Assembly (NCBI RefSeq): GCF_988243305.1
Contig: NZ_OZ547136.1
Reading direction: 5' to 3' (one strand)
Length of the DNA: 64,000 nt
Shown here: positions 1-11,778 of the stretch, piece after piece
How the letters are laid out: every line of letters begins with the position of its first letter
How positions within the stretch are numbered: position 1 is the stretch's first letter
Program-made: the position numbers and the translations under genes
The notes under the pieces: model-generated
Seen by the model: the letters and a program-made list of their open reading frames with translations, nothing else
What the model was told of the DNA's origin: nothing
Database searches by the model: none

Positions 1-1202
1 AAATCCAGCTCAAAACCCGCGCACGCGATAAAGGCTTGCTGGTGATGGGGCCGGACTGCGGTACGTCGATGATTGCCGCCACGCCGCTGGCTTTTGCTAA
101 CGTGATGCCGGAAGGCAATATTGGCGTCATTGGCGCTTCCGGTACCGGGATTCAGGAGCTGTGTTCGCAGATTGCGCTGGCAGGTGAGGGAATTACCCAC
201 GCGATTGGTCTTGGCGGGCGCGACCTCAGCCGTGAAGTGGGCGGCATCAGTGCGCTAACGGCGCTGGAAATGTTAAGCGCCGACGCGAAAAGCGAAGTGC
301 TGGCATTTGTTTCAAAACCACCTGCCGAAGCTGTGCGTCTGAAAATTGTTAATTCCATGAAAGCAACCGGCAAACCGACGGTGGCGCTGTTTTTAGGTTA
401 TACCCCGGCGGTGGCCCGCGACGAGAATGTCTGGTTTGCCTCCTCGCTTGATGAGGCCGCACGCCTGGCTTGCCTGCTTTCACGCGTCACGGCGCGACGT
501 AACGCAATAGCACCTGTCAGCAGCGGATTTATTTGCGGTTTGTATACCGGCGGTACGCTGGCCGCCGAAGCGGCGGGATTACTTGCCGGACAGCTTGGCG
601 TGGAAGCCGATGATGCCCATCATCACGGCATGATGCTCGACGCCGATGGTCACCAGATTATTGACCTCGGCGATGATTTCTACACCGTCGGGCGTCCCCA
701 TCCGATGATCGACCCGACCTTACGCAACCTGTTAATTGCCGATCTCGGCGCTAAACCGCAAGTGCGCGTGTTGCTGCTTGATGTCGTGATTGGCTTCGGT
801 GCGACCGCCGATCCTGCCGCCTCGCTGGTGAGCGCCTGGCAAAAAGCCTGTGCCGCGCGTTCTGACAGCCAACCGCTGTACGCCATTGCCACGGTGACAG
901 GCACTGAACGTGACCCGCAATGCCGCTCGCAGCAAATCGCCACGCTGGAAGATGCGGGGATTGCGGTAGTGAGTTCGCTGCCGGAAGCCACCTTGCTGGC
1001 GGCGGCGCTGATTCATCCGCTCTCGTCTGCCACACAGCCACATACACCGTCATTACTGGAAAACGTCGCCGTGATTAACATTGGATTACGCAGCTTTGCG
1101 CTGGAGCTACAAAGCGCCAGCAAACCGGTTGTGCATTACCAATGGTCGCCAGTCGCCGGCGGCAATAAAAAACTGGCTCGTTTATTAGAACGTTTGCAAT
1201 AA
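1..1202 (+). CDS. fdrA: FdrA-like acyl-CoA synthetase family protein, C-terminal ~400 aa (5' end outside window)
   Basis: Reading frame is open from position 3 to the stop at 1200-1202; succinyl-CoA synthetase alpha-like Gly-rich segments (GVIGASGTG, GLGGRD); lies upstream of ylbE-ylbF-ybcF. Confidence 0.8.
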   Translation, partial: IQLKTRARDKGLLVMGPDCGTSMIAATPLAFANVMPEGNIGVIGASGTGIQELCSQIALAGEGITHAIGLGGRDLSREVGGISALTALEMLSADAKSEVLAFVSKPPAEAVRLKIVNSMKATGKPTVALFLGYTPAVARDENVWFASSLDEAARLACLLSRVTARRNAIAPVSSGFICGLYTGGTLAAEAAGLLAGQLGVEADDAHHHGMMLDADGHQIIDLGDDFYTVGRPHPMIDPTLRNLLIADLGAKPQVRVLLLDVVIGFGATADPAASLVSAWQKACAARSDSQPLYAIATVTGTERDPQCRSQQIATLEDAGIAVVSSLPEATLLAAALIHPLSSATQPHTPSLLENVAVINIGLRSFALELQSASKPVVHYQWSPVAGGNKKLARLLERLQ

Positions 1203-1211
1203 GGGGTTCCC

Positions 1212-2471
1212 ATGTTTACATCAGTGGCGCAAGCCAATGCTGCGGTTATCGAACAAATTCGTCGCGCTCGTCCACACTGGCTGGATGTGCAACCGGCTTC
1301 TTCACTTATCAGCGAACTAAACGAGGGCAAAACACTGCTTCACGCCGGGCCGCCAATGCGCTGGCAGGAGATGACCGGACCCATGAAAGGGGCATGTGTG
1401 GGCGCATGTCTGTTTGAAGGCTGGGCGAAAGATGAAGCGCAGGCGCTGGCAATACTGGAGCAGGGGGAAGTGAACTTCATTCCTTGTCACCATGTGAATG
1501 CCGTCGGGCCAATGGGCGGCATTACTTCTGCCAGTATGCCGATGCTGGTGGTCGAGAACGTGACCGACGGCAACCGGGCGTACTGCAACCTCAACGAAGG
1601 TATCGGCAAAGTGATGCGTTTTGGCGCTTACGGCGAAGATGTCCTGACTCGCCATCGCTGGATGCGCGATGTGTTAATGCCGGTATTAAGCGCGGCGCTG
1701 GGGCGCATGGAGCACGGTATCGATCTCACGGCAATGATGGCGCAGGGCATTACCATGGGCGATGAGTTCCATCAACGCAATATTGCTTCCTCAGCACTGT
1801 TAATGCGTACGCTGGCCCCACAAATTGCTCGCCTCGATCATGATAAACAGCACATTGCGGAAGTGATGGATTTCCTCAGCGTGACCGATCAGTTCTTCCT
1901 CAACCTCGCGATGGCTTACTGCAAGGCGGCGATGGATGCTGGCGCGATGATCCGCGCAGGCAGCATCGTCACGGCAATGACCCGCAACGGCAATATGTTC
2001 GGGATTCGGGTAAGCGGGCTGGGCGAACGCTGGTTTACTGCGCCTGTAAACACTCCGCAAGGTCTGTTTTTCACCGGCTTCTCGCAGGATCTGGCGAACC
2101 CGGATATGGGCGATAGCGCGATTACCGAAACCTTTGGTATTGGCGGAGCCGCAATGATCGCAGCGCCTGGCGTAACGCGCTTTGTCGGTGCGGGTGGCAT
2201 GGAAGCGGCCAGAACCGTTTCTGAAGAGATGGCGGAAATTTACCTTGAGCGCAATATGCAGTTGCAGATCCCAAGCTGGGATTTTCAGGGCGCGTGCCTG
2301 GGGCTGGATATTCGTCGCGTGGTAGAAACCGGCATTACGCCACTCATCAATACCGGTATCGCCCATAAAGAGGCGGGGATCGGGCAGATTGGCGCAGGCA
2401 CTGTGCGGGCACCGCTGGCGTGCTTTGAACAGGCGCTGGAAGCACTGGCTGAAAGCATGGGGATTGGTTGA
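1212..2471 (+). CDS. ylbE: DUF1116-family protein YlbE, uninterrupted 419 aa
   Basis: Single 419-aa ORF starting 10 nt after the fdrA stop; no internal frameshift or stop; gene-order context. Confidence 0.8.
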   Translation: MFTSVAQANAAVIEQIRRARPHWLDVQPASSLISELNEGKTLLHAGPPMRWQEMTGPMKGACVGACLFEGWAKDEAQALAILEQGEVNFIPCHHVNAVGPMGGITSASMPMLVVENVTDGNRAYCNLNEGIGKVMRFGAYGEDVLTRHRWMRDVLMPVLSAALGRMEHGIDLTAMMAQGITMGDEFHQRNIASSALLMRTLAPQIARLDHDKQHIAEVMDFLSVTDQFFLNLAMAYCKAAMDAGAMIRAGSIVTAMTRNGNMFGIRVSGLGERWFTAPVNTPQGLFFTGFSQDLANPDMGDSAITETFGIGGAAMIAAPGVTRFVGAGGMEAARTVSEEMAEIYLERNMQLQIPSWDFQGACLGLDIRRVVETGITPLINTGIAHKEAGIGQIGAGTVRAPLACFEQALEALAESMGIG

Positions 2472-2481
2472 GGAACGCACA

Positions 2482-3297
2482 ATGACGATCATCCATCCTC
2501 TGCTTGCCAGCCGTAGTGCACCGAATTATCGCCAGTCCTGGCGGTTAGCGGGCGTGTGGCGGCGGGCGATTAACCTGATGACGGAAAGCTGTGAATTGTT
2601 AACACTACATCGTCAGGGTAGTGGTTTCGGCCCCGGAGGATGGGTGCTTCGCCGCGCGCAATTCGATGCGTTATGCGGTGGATTATGCGGCAATGAACAA
2701 CCGCAGGTTGTGGCACAAGGGATTCGCCTCGGGCGTTTCACGGTTAAACAGCCACAGCGTTATTGTTTGCTGCGTATTACGCCGCCTGCGCATCCTCAAC
2801 CGCTTGCAGCTGCATGGATGCAACGCGCGGAGGAAACCGGGCTTTTCGGGCCACTGGCGTTGGCGGCAGGCGATCCGCTTCCTGCTGAATTACGCCAGTT
2901 TCGCCACTGTTTTCAGGCCGCGCTCAATGGCGTGAAGACTGACTGGCGGCACTGGCTGGGTAAAGGTCCGGGATTAACGCCAAGTCATGATGACACGCTG
3001 AGCGGAATGCTGCTGGCGGCCTGGTATTATGGCGCTTTAGATGCGCGCTCCGGTCGCCCGTTTTTTGCCTGTTCCGACAATCTTCAACTCGTTACCACAG
3101 CGGTGAGCGTCAGTTATTTACGTTATGCCGCGCAAGGATATTTCGCCTCGCCACTCCTGCACTTTGTCCATGCTCTGAGTTGCCCGAAACGTACCGCTGT
3201 TGCGATTGATTCGCTGCTGGCGCTGGGGCATACGTCAGGGGCAGATACGCTGCTGGGGTTCTGGCTTGGTCAACAATTATTACAAGGAAAACCATGA
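2482..3297 (+). CDS. ylbF: YlbF (DUF2877) protein, 271 aa
   Basis: ATG at 2482 preceded by GAGGAA RBS 10 nt after the ylbE stop; the ORF-track start at 2389 overlaps ylbE and is rejected; stop overlaps the ybcF start (ATGA). Confidence 0.75.
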   Translation: MTIIHPLLASRSAPNYRQSWRLAGVWRRAINLMTESCELLTLHRQGSGFGPGGWVLRRAQFDALCGGLCGNEQPQVVAQGIRLGRFTVKQPQRYCLLRITPPAHPQPLAAAWMQRAEETGLFGPLALAAGDPLPAELRQFRHCFQAALNGVKTDWRHWLGKGPGLTPSHDDTLSGMLLAAWYYGALDARSGRPFFACSDNLQLVTTAVSVSYLRYAAQGYFASPLLHFVHALSCPKRTAVAIDSLLALGHTSGADTLLGFWLGQQLLQGKP

Positions 3298-4187
3298 AAA
3301 CACTGGTTGTAGCTCTTGGGGGCAATGCCTTGCTTCAGCGCGGTGAGGCGCTGACGGCAGAAAATCAATATCGCAATATCGCCAGCGCTGTACCCGCACT
3401 GGCGCGCCTGGCCCGTTCTTATCGGCTGGCGATTGTTCACGGCAACGGGCCACAGGTGGGGCTGTTGGCGTTACAGAATCTGGCGTGGAAAGAGGTAGAA
3501 CCGTATCCGCTGGATGTGCTGGTGGCGGAAAGCCAGGGGATGATTGGCTATATGCTGGCGCAGAGCTTGAGCGCACAGCCGCAGATGCCGCCTGTCACGA
3601 CGGTGCTGACGCGCATTGAGGTTTCGCCTGATGATCCGGCGTTTTTGCAGCCAGAGAAGTTTATCGGTCCGGTTTATCAGCCAGAAGAACAAGAGGCACT
3701 GGAAGCGGCTTACGGCTGGCAGATGAAACGTGATGGTAAATATTTGCGCCGGGTGGTGGCGTCTCCGCAACCGCGTAAAATTCTCGACAGCGAAGCCATC
3801 GAGTTGTTGCTCAAAGAGGGGCATGTGGTGATTTGCAGTGGCGGCGGCGGTGTGCCTGTGACGGATGACGGAGCAGGGAGTGAAGCAGTGATTGATAAAG
3901 ATCTCGCCGCTGCGTTGCTCGCCGAGCAGATTAATGCCGATGGGCTGGTGATCCTCACCGATGCTGATGCGGTATATGAAAACTGGGGAACGCCGCAGCA
4001 ACGTGCCATTCGCCATGCCACACCGGATGAGTTAGCGCCATTTGCCAAAGTCGATGGTTCGATGGGGCCGAAGGTAACGGCGGTGAGTGGCTATGTCAGA
4101 AGCCGTGGTAAACCCGCGTGGATTGGGGCGTTATCGCGGATTGAAGAGACGCTAGCGGGCGAAGCGGGGACCTGTATTTCGCTGTAG
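3294..4187 (+). CDS. ybcF: carbamate kinase-like protein, 297 aa
   Basis: N-terminus [18 protein letters not shown] is a typical carbamate kinase / amino-acid kinase start; translationally coupled to ylbF. Confidence 0.85.
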   Translation: MKTLVVALGGNALLQRGEALTAENQYRNIASAVPALARLARSYRLAIVHGNGPQVGLLALQNLAWKEVEPYPLDVLVAESQGMIGYMLAQSLSAQPQMPPVTTVLTRIEVSPDDPAFLQPEKFIGPVYQPEEQEALEAAYGWQMKRDGKYLRRVVASPQPRKILDSEAIELLLKEGHVVICSGGGGVPVTDDGAGSEAVIDKDLAAALLAEQINADGLVILTDADAVYENWGTPQQRAIRHATPDELAPFAKVDGSMGPKVTAVSGYVRSRGKPAWIGALSRIEETLAGEAGTCISL

Positions 4188-4218
4188 TGATGAGAGCATC
4201 CGGCAATCGGCGCACCAT

Positions 4219-4305
4219 GCCTGATGCGACGCTTGACGCGTCTTATCAGGCCTACAATGGGTACCGGAGCGGTAAGCCGGATAAGGCGTTCACGCCGAAT
4301 CCGGC
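4219..4305. repeat. REP/BIME palindromic units (two inverted REP copies)
   Basis: gcctgatgcgacgcttgacgcgtcttatcaggcctac and gccggataaggcgttcacgccgaatccggc match the enterobacterial REP consensus; sits between convergent ybcF and purK. Confidence 0.7.
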
Positions 4306-4323
4306 AAGAATATGAGCACCAGG

Positions 4324-5391
4324 TTAATTGAACTTACTCTGCGCCCAAATCACGCCGCTGGCATACTCCGGCGGCAGAAGCGGGATTAAGGCTTCCAGCG
4401 TTGCGGTCAGACGCGATGTGTCGCTGTCGGTCAAATTCAGATGCCCCACTTTACGGCCCGGACGGACTTCTTTGTCGTACCAGTGCAGATGCACCAGCGG
4501 CAGTTTCAGCCAGTCATAATTCACATCGCTACCAATCAGGTTGATCATCACCGACGGACTATTCACTACCGGTTGCGGTAACGGCAGATCGGTAATCGCC
4601 CGCAGATGCAGCTCAAACTGGCTGATGCTGGCACCGTTTTGTGTCCAGTGACCGCTGTTATGCACACGAGGAGCCAGTTCGTTGATCAACAGACCTTGCG
4701 GGGTGACAAAACACTCCATTGCCATCACGCCTACATAGCCCAGCTCCTGCATAATCGCCGACAACATCTCTTCGGCTTGTGTTTGTTGCTGTGCGTTGGC
4801 CTGCGGAAAAGCGACGCTGGTGCGCAAAATGCCTTCCTGATGCAGGTTATGCGTCAGCGGATAAAACACGGTGCTGCCATCAAAACCGCGCGCGCCAACC
4901 AGCGACACTTCACCAGAGAAGTTAATGCCCTGCTCGACAATACATTCGCCGTAACACTCTGCCGGTAACTGTTCGGTTTCATCGGCGCGTAAACGCCATT
5001 GACCGCGTCCGTCATAGCCACCAGTGCGACGCTTAACAATCGCCAGCTCACCTAAACGATCAAACACCGCAGGCCACTCGCTGCGATCGGCAAGTAACTG
5101 CCACGGTGCGGTCGGCAGGTGAAGCTTGTCGAAAAGCAGCTTCTGAGTCAGACGGTCAGCAATAATCGGGAATACATCGCGGTTCACAAAGGCCGGATGG
5201 CGCGCCAGCTCGCGGGTTAATGCGGTTTCCGGCCAGCGTTCGATCTCAGCGGTAATCACGCTTTGTTGAAAAGGCACCGCCGCCGGTTCAGCGTCCAGTC
5301 CGACCGGCCAGACAGCAATGCCTAACGGTTCGCCTGCCTGACGCAGCATACGGCCTAACTGCCCGTTACCGAGGACGCAAACCTGTTTCAT
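4324..5391 (-). CDS. purK: N5-carboxyaminoimidazole ribonucleotide synthase, 355 aa
   Basis: 355-aa ATP-grasp protein; start overlaps the purE stop (ATGA); purEK operon context. Confidence 0.95.
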   Translation of the reverse strand: MKQVCVLGNGQLGRMLRQAGEPLGIAVWPVGLDAEPAAVPFQQSVITAEIERWPETALTRELARHPAFVNRDVFPIIADRLTQKLLFDKLHLPTAPWQLLADRSEWPAVFDRLGELAIVKRRTGGYDGRGQWRLRADETEQLPAECYGECIVEQGINFSGEVSLVGARGFDGSTVFYPLTHNLHQEGILRTSVAFPQANAQQQTQAEEMLSAIMQELGYVGVMAMECFVTPQGLLINELAPRVHNSGHWTQNGASISQFELHLRAITDLPLPQPVVNSPSVMINLIGSDVNYDWLKLPLVHLHWYDKEVRPGRKVGHLNLTDSDTSRLTATLEALIPLLPPEYASGVIWAQSKFN

Positions 5392-5897
5392 GCCGCACCT
5401 CGCGGGTCCGGGTTTTCCAGCACTTCATCAGTTTGTGCTTTGCGCCAGTCATTCAGACGCTGGTGCAGTTCTTTATCATGAGTCGCAAGAATTTGTGCTG
5501 CCAGTAATGCCGCGTTTGCCGCGCCAGCTTTACCAATCGCCAGCGTACCCACCGGAATGCCGCGTGGCATTTGTACGATGGAGTAGAGGCTATCGACACC
5601 GCTCAGTGCGGCGCTCTGTACTGGCACGCCCAGCACCGGCACCAGCGTTTTGGCGGCAATCATACCTGGCAGGTGCGCTGCGCCGCCTGCGCCCGCAATA
5701 ATCACCTGATAACCGTTCTCTTCGGCACTTTCGGCGAAGCTGAACAGTTTATCGGGGGTGCGGTGAGCAGAAACCACTTCAACGTGGTGTGGGACATTCA
5801 GGATTTCGAAGATTTCGGCGGCGAACTGCATGGTAGCCCAGTCGCTTTTGGACCCCATCACGATGGCGACACGCGCCGGATTATTGCGGGAAGACAT
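5388..5897 (-). CDS. purE: N5-CAIR mutase, 169 aa
   Basis: PurE signature [15 protein letters not shown]; start re-picked at the ATG with AGGAG RBS (ORF track is 9 codons longer). Confidence 0.95.
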   Translation of the reverse strand: MSSRNNPARVAIVMGSKSDWATMQFAAEIFEILNVPHHVEVVSAHRTPDKLFSFAESAEENGYQVIIAGAGGAAHLPGMIAAKTLVPVLGVPVQSAALSGVDSLYSIVQMPRGIPVGTLAIGKAGAANAALLAAQILATHDKELHQRLNDWRKAQTDEVLENPDPRGAA

Positions 5898-5965
5898 GCG
5901 TCTTAAAACTCCTGTGGTGCACAACTCTCGGCTTTAGAGGGCACAGAGAATAGCACGGAAAGAGA

Positions 5966-5984
5966 GCAAGGAAAACGGTTGCGT
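5966..5984 (-). promoter_or_regulatory. PurR operator (PUR box) in the purEK promoter
   Basis: Minus-strand sequence ACGCAACCGTTTTCCTTGC matches the PurR box consensus ACGCAAACGTTTTCNT, about 70 bp upstream of the purE start. Confidence 0.6.
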
Positions 5985-6014
5985 GGCTGTGAAATCAGCA
6001 AAGTTGCGGGTTTT

Positions 6015-6737
6015 TTAAAACGGGAAATGAATTAGCTCAACGTCATCCGCCGTGACTTTCACCATTGAACCTTCCGTATGCCAGGCACCCAGCACGACGC
6101 GGAAAGCAGGTTGCTGATTGGCGATAAGTTCATGTACTGCCGGGCGATGGGTATGCCCGTGAATCAGCCATTGCACCTGATGTTTTTCCATCGCACTGAC
6201 CACCGCGTTTTGGTTAACGTCCATGATCGCCAGCGATTTACTGCTGTTGGCTTCTTTGCTGTTCGCTCGCATTCGCGCGGCAATGCGTTTGCGCACAAAC
6301 AACGGCAGGGCGAGGAATAGCGTCTGCAGCCACGGCTTGTGGACTTTGGCGCGAAAAGCCTGATAACCCGCGTCATCGGTGCACAGCGTGTCGCCATGCA
6401 TAATCAACACCCGACGACCATACAGTTCGAGCACCTTTTCTTCCGGCAATAACGTCATGCCGCTTTCACGGGCAAAGCGTTTGCCGAGCAGAAAATCACG
6501 GTTGCCATGAATGAAATAACAGGGAACGCCGGAATCGGACACCGCTTTGATCGCTGCCGCCATCTGGCGATGGAGTGGGTTGGGATCGTCGTCGCCAATC
6601 CACGCTTCAAACAGATCGCCAAGAATATACAGCGCGTCGGCCTTGCGGGCTTCCCCCGCTAAAAAACGCAGAAAACCGGCGGTGATCGCCGGTTCTTCCG
6701 CGCAGAGATGAAGATCTGCAATAAAGAGTGTCGCCAC
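6015..6737 (-). CDS. lpxH: UDP-2,3-diacylglucosamine pyrophosphatase, 240 aa
   Basis: Metallophosphoesterase motifs DLHL, GDLFE, GNRD, GHTH; start codon is GTG (MATLF...). Confidence 0.9.
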   Translation of the reverse strand: MATLFIADLHLCAEEPAITAGFLRFLAGEARKADALYILGDLFEAWIGDDDPNPLHRQMAAAIKAVSDSGVPCYFIHGNRDFLLGKRFARESGMTLLPEEKVLELYGRRVLIMHGDTLCTDDAGYQAFRAKVHKPWLQTLFLALPLFVRKRIAARMRANSKEANSSKSLAIMDVNQNAVVSAMEKHQVQWLIHGHTHRPAVHELIANQQPAFRVVLGAWHTEGSMVKVTADDVELIHFPF

Positions 6738-6739
6738 GA

Positions 6740-7234
6740 TTACTCGCTAACGGTCACGCTTTCAATGATAACGTCTTCTTTTGGCACGTCCTGGTGCATA
6801 CCGCTACGACCGGTTGCAACACCTTTGATTTTGTCTACCACGTCCATGCCTTCAACCACTTCAGCAAACACGCAGTAACCCCAACCTTGCAGGCTTTCGC
6901 CAGAGAAGTTCAGGAAGTCGTTATCAACCACGTTGATGAAGAACTGTGCAGTTGCAGAGTGCGGTGCCTGAGTACGGGCCATTGCCAGCGTACCACGGGT
7001 ATTTTTCAGACCGTTGTTGGCTTCGTTTTTGATCGGGTCTTTGGTGGTTTTTTGCTTCATGCCCGGTTCAAAACCGCCGCCCTGAATCATAAAGCCGTTG
7101 ATTACACGGTGGAAAATGGTGTTGTTGTAAAAACCTTCGCGGCAGTAGTCCAGGAAGTTTTTAACTGTTTCAGGTGCTTTATCGTCAAAAGTTTTGATGA
7201 CAATATCGCCGTGATTGGTGTGGAAAGTAACCAT
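6740..7234 (-). CDS. ppiB: peptidyl-prolyl cis-trans isomerase B (cyclophilin), 164 aa
   Basis: Cyclophilin-type sequence; sits 2 nt upstream of lpxH on the same strand. Confidence 0.95.
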   Translation of the reverse strand: MVTFHTNHGDIVIKTFDDKAPETVKNFLDYCREGFYNNTIFHRVINGFMIQGGGFEPGMKQKTTKDPIKNEANNGLKNTRGTLAMARTQAPHSATAQFFINVVDNDFLNFSGESLQGWGYCVFAEVVEGMDVVDKIKGVATGRSGMHQDVPKEDVIIESVTVSE

Positions 7235-7407
7235 TTTTGCATCCTGTTCCGTTTGATTGGTGCTTCAACCCGGTTCGGGTCATATATAGGGTGGTGTTAT
7301 AGCATAACCGCACGATCGGATCATCACGCAATGTATGCTGATTCGCGCGGGAAATATGGGTATTATACGCAACTCAATTACCCACACATGTCTAAACGGA
7401 ATCTTCG

Positions 7408-8793
7408 ATGCTAAAAATCTTCAATACTCTGACACGCCAAAAAGAGGAATTTAAGCCTATTCACGCCGGGGAAGTCGGCATGTACGTGTGTGGAATCACC
7501 GTTTACGATCTCTGTCATATCGGACACGGGCGTACCTTTGTTGCCTTTGACGTGGTTGCGCGTTACCTGCGTTTCCTCGGCTATAAGCTGAAGTATGTGC
7601 GTAACATTACCGATATCGATGACAAAATCATCAAACGCGCCAATGAAAATGGCGAAAGCTTTGTGGCGCTGGTGGATCGCATGATCGCCGAAATGCACAA
7701 AGATTTTGATGCTTTGAACATTCTGCGCCCGGATATGGAGCCGCGCGCGACGCACCATATCGCAGAAATTATTGAACTCACTGAACAACTGATCGCCAAA
7801 GGTCACGCTTATGTGGCGGACAACGGCGACGTGATGTTTGACGTACCGACCGATCCGACATATGGCGTGCTGTCGCGTCAGGATCTCGACCAGCTGCAGG
7901 CAGGCGCGCGCGTTGACGTGGTCGACGACAAACGCAACCCGATGGACTTCGTTCTGTGGAAGATGTCGAAAGAGGGCGAACCGAGCTGGCCGTCTCCGTG
8001 GGGCGCGGGCCGTCCAGGCTGGCACATTGAATGTTCGGCAATGAACTGCAAGCAGCTGGGTAACCACTTTGATATCCACGGCGGCGGTTCTGACCTGATG
8101 TTCCCGCACCACGAGAATGAAATCGCGCAGTCCACCTGTGCCCATGATGGTCAGTATGTAAACTACTGGATGCACTCCGGGATGGTGATGGTTGACCGCG
8201 AGAAGATGTCCAAATCGCTGGGTAACTTCTTTACCGTGCGCGATGTGCTGAAATACTACGACGCGGAAACCGTGCGTTACTTCCTGATGTCAGGCCACTA
8301 TCGCAGCCAGCTGAACTACAGCGAAGAGAACCTGAAGCAGGCACGCGCGGCGCTGGAGCGTCTCTACACTGCGCTGCGCGGCACAGATAAAACCGTTGCG
8401 CCTGCGGGTGGCGAAGCGTTTGAAGCGCGCTTTATTGAAGCGATGGATGACGATTTCAACACCCCGGAAGCCTATTCCGTGCTGTTTGATATGGCCCGTG
8501 AAGTGAACCGTCTGAAAGCAGAAGATATGGCAGCGGCGAACGCGATGGCGTCTCATCTGCGTAAACTTTCCGCCGTATTGGGCCTGCTGGAGCAAGAACC
8601 GGAAGCGTTCCTGCAAAGCGGCGCGCAGGCAGACGACAGCGAAGTGGCTGAGATTGAAGCGTTAATTCAACAGCGTCTGGATGCCCGTAAAGCGAAAGAC
8701 TGGGCGGCGGCAGATGCGGCGCGTGACCGTCTTAACGAGATGGGGATCGTGCTGGAAGATGGCCCGCAAGGGACCACCTGGCGTCGTAAGTAA
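7408..8793 (+). CDS. cysS: cysteinyl-tRNA synthetase, 461 aa
   Basis: Class I aaRS HIGH motif (CHIGHGRT) and KMSKS motif ([10 protein letters not shown]). Confidence 0.95.
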
Positions 8794-8804
8794 TTGCGCA
8801 ATTG

Positions 8805-8828
8805 CCGGATGCGAGTTTTCGCATCCGG
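8805..8828. terminator. hairpin between convergent cysS and ybcI (candidate bidirectional terminator)
   Basis: ccggatgcg-agtttt-cgcatccgg, 9-bp stem, directly after the cysS stop and abutting the ybcI stop; weak U-tract. Confidence 0.45.
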
Positions 8829-9350
8829 TTATCGTCTGCGCCACCACAACATTCCCATCAGTAGCATCCCCGGCAACCACACCCACATCAATTCGGAAAT
8901 AATCACCTGATGCCCGTACGCTGTGGTGTAACGAGACAATGCAAACGGCGCGACTTTAATCACCTGCCAGGGAGCGAAAAAGCGTTCATCTGACCACGGC
9001 CATAGCCAGCCAACGCCTTTACCACCAGTGGTTACCGAATCCAGCAAGCTGTGCGATAGCAATGAGACGGTTAAAAACAGCCAGCAGCGAATCAGCCCAG
9101 CCCTGAACCATCGACGCCCAATCAGCACACATAACAGCGGGACAACAAACGCAAACACCAGCGAATGGGTAAACCCGCGATGACCAAAAACATTGCCGTA
9201 AGCAACGCCAAATTTAAACGACAACACGTCGGCATCGGGCAGCATCGCCAGGATGATTCCGGCAAATAACAGACGCGGAGGGATGACTTTCGAACCCAAC
9301 CCTAAACCAATGCAAAGGGGAACGGCGGCGTGCGTAATAACGGTTGGCAT
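8829..9350 (-). CDS. ybcI: inner-membrane metal-dependent hydrolase-like protein (DUF457), 173 aa
   Basis: Hydrophobic 173-aa ORF; gene-order context. Confidence 0.8.
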   Translation of the reverse strand: MPTVITHAAVPLCIGLGLGSKVIPPRLLFAGIILAMLPDADVLSFKFGVAYGNVFGHRGFTHSLVFAFVVPLLCVLIGRRWFRAGLIRCWLFLTVSLLSHSLLDSVTTGGKGVGWLWPWSDERFFAPWQVIKVAPFALSRYTTAYGHQVIISELMWVWLPGMLLMGMLWWRRR

Positions 9351-9457
9351 GATGGTCGCTTCGGCAAAATGTCGATGCTATCAGCATGGATGAACGGGGC
9401 GTAGAGGGCAAAAGTCTGAAAAGAGAACCGGCCTGTTGATACAGGCCGGGAAAGGGA

Positions 9458-9670
9458 TCAGGCAACAACCTGTACGCTGTGACCTGCAAAACTCACTGTC
9501 TGACCGGCGACGATTTTGCAGCGTTTGCGCGTTTCAACCGCGCCGTCGACTTTCACCTGGCCTTCGGCAATCGCGATTTTCGCCTGCGCGCCGCTTTCGC
9601 TCCAGCCTTCCAGTTTCAGCAAGTCGCACAGCTCAACGTGCGGATGTTTACCTAAAGAAAATGTCGCCAT
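9458..9670 (-). CDS. ybcJ: S4-like RNA-binding protein, 70 aa
   Basis: Start re-picked at MATFSLGKHP (ORF track is 18 codons longer and would overlap folD); start codon abuts the folD stop. Confidence 0.75.
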   Translation of the reverse strand: MATFSLGKHPHVELCDLLKLEGWSESGAQAKIAIAEGQVKVDGAVETRKRCKIVAGQTVSFAGHSVQVVA

Positions 9671-9671
9671 G

Positions 9672-10538
9672 TTACTCACCCTGTGGATCATGATATTCAA
9701 CGCACGCCTGTAGCGTGTTTTCAATCAGCGTGGCAACCGTCATTGGGCCAACGCCGCCGGGAACAGGCGTAATGTATGAGGCGCGTTTAGCCGCGTCTTC
9801 AAACACGACGTCGCCCACAACTTTGCCATTTTCCAGACGGTTGATGCCAACATCAATCACAATTGCGCCTTCTTTGATCCAGTCACCAGGAATAAAGCCC
9901 GGCTTGCCGACGGCAACGATCAACAGATCGGCATTTTCTACGTGGTGACGCAGATTTTTAGTGAAACGGTGAGTCACGGTGGTGGTGCAACCTGCCAGCA
10001 GCAGTTCCATGCTCATTGGGCGACCGACGATATTCGATGCGCCAATCACCACGGCGTTAAGGCCGAAGGTATCAATGTTGTAACGCTCAAGCAGCGTGAC
10101 GATACCGCGCGGGGTGCAGGGACGCAGACGTGGCGCGCGCTGGCACAGACGACCGACGTTGTAAGGATGGAAACCGTCCACGTCTTTGTCCGGATGAATA
10201 CGTTCCAGCACTTTGACGTTATCAATACCCGCCGGTAACGGCAGTTGAACCAGAATGCCATCGATGGTGTTGTCGGCATTCAGCGCATCGATAAGCTCCA
10301 ACAGCTCCGCTTCGCTGGTGGTTTCCGGGAGGTCATAAGAGCGGGAGACGAACCCGACTTCTTCACAAGCCTTGCGTTTGCTTGCGACATAAATTTGCGA
10401 TGCAGGGTTACTACCCACCAGCACAACGGCCAGTCCTGGTGCCCGCAGTCCGGCTGCAATACGCGCCTGAACTTTTTGAGCAACTTCAGAGCGCACCTGC
10501 TGCGCAATCGTTTTACCGTCAATAATCTTTGCTGCCAT
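9672..10538 (-). CDS. folD: bifunctional methylene-THF dehydrogenase / methenyl-THF cyclohydrolase, 288 aa
   Basis: 288-aa FolD-like sequence with Rossmann-type NAD(P) region ([12 protein letters not shown]). Confidence 0.95.
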
Positions 10539-11017
10539 CAGAGAGAGGATTCCATCTGTTACGTAGGTCGAAGGGGATGCGCCTATTTTGTCAGAAGCGG
10601 GGCGCGCTGTCAGGTTTCGTTTCAGATTTATCGCGTGAAGCGACCTCTTGCGAAGGTTAGGCGCACCGTCGCTGAGGTCGCTGAGATTGAAAGCTTCATT
10701 TTTCGTCCATGATGGCGTTGTAAATCTGGAACTGACTTATTTCCTTGTCAAAGGATTAAGATAATTTAAGAAATACCTGACAATATAAAAAGAATTTTCA
10801 GCCTGGTAATTTACCGCTTCAGGTCTATATTTGTGTTGAATATATTTTGCGCGGAAGTATTCATCTAACGGGGCTCTCTATTTTTTAGAATAGAGTGCAT
10901 ATTTTCAATTAAGACATTCTTAGAGGATAAAAAGGAATTTACTACTATCAGTGTCTTAAATAAAGTAATCGGTTATATACGGATGTGGAGTCGATAAATG
11001 AGATTGAAGGAATATAT

Positions 11018-11560
11018 ATGAAATTAAGATTTATTTCGTCTGCGCTGGCCGCCGCACTATTCGCCGCTACGGGTAGTTATGCTGCCGTTGTAGATGGCGG
11101 TACAATTCACTTTGAAGGCGAACTGGTGAATGCTGCCTGTTCAGTGAATACTGACTCGGCAGACCAGGTTGTCACACTCGGTCAATATCGTACCGATATT
11201 TTCAATGCTGTTGGTAATACCTCTGCATTAATTCCATTCACTATACAGTTGAACGACTGCGATCCTGTCGTTGCCGCTAATGCTGCCGTTGCATTTTCTG
11301 GTCAGGCGGATGCAATCAATGATAATTTATTGGCCATTGCATCCAGTACTAATACAACAACAGCAACGGGTGTCGGTATTGAAATACTTGATAATACATC
11401 CGCAATTCTCAAACCTGATGGGAATAGCTTCTCAACCAACCAGAACTTGATCCCCGGGACCAACGTTCTTCATTTTTCTGCACGTTATAAAGGCACCGGT
11501 ACAAGTGCATCAGCAGGGCAAGCAAATGCTGACGCGACTTTTATTATGAGATACGAATAA
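11018..11560 (+). CDS. sfmA: type 1-like fimbrial major subunit, 180 aa
   Basis: Signal peptide then fimbrillin-like sequence; ATG at 11018 with GAAGGA RBS; AT-rich 480-bp upstream region. Confidence 0.85.
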   Translation: MKLRFISSALAAALFAATGSYAAVVDGGTIHFEGELVNAACSVNTDSADQVVTLGQYRTDIFNAVGNTSALIPFTIQLNDCDPVVAANAAVAFSGQADAINDNLLAIASSTNTTTATGVGIEILDNTSAILKPDGNSFSTNQNLIPGTNVLHFSARYKGTGTSASAGQANADATFIMRYE

Positions 11561-11778
11561 TCAAAACCACGTTGTTTTGAATTATATATCACGTCTTATA
11601 ACAAAGTAATGTACCGGTTGTCTGAAGCGGTATGGTGGCAATGTAAATCGAAATCACGTTCACTTTGTATCATGCCGCTTTATTAAATGAAAAGGGAATG
11701 ATGTGTGTAAGAAACCAAAGCAATCATTTCTTTATACTCCTTATTTTTGCCGTCAGGAATACACAAGGCGTATTAACT

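Noticed and set aside
1800-2492. 230-aa minus-strand ORF inside ylbE; also 3471-4016 inside ybcF, 6728-7414 opposite ppiB, 36166-36732 opposite nfsB, 59104-59601 opposite entA, 60324-60812 opposite cstA, 25530-26063 opposite cusS
   Set aside because: All are antisense frames within or overlapping conserved genes and show compositionally odd translations; treated as ORF-finder artefacts.
7411-8175. 254-aa minus-strand ORF inside cysS
   Set aside because: Fully antisense to cysS, which carries HIGH and KMSKS motifs; no independent start context.
10245-10712. 155-aa plus-strand ORF spanning the folD 5' end and upstream region
   Set aside because: Mostly antisense to folD; Cys/Arg-rich improbable translation.
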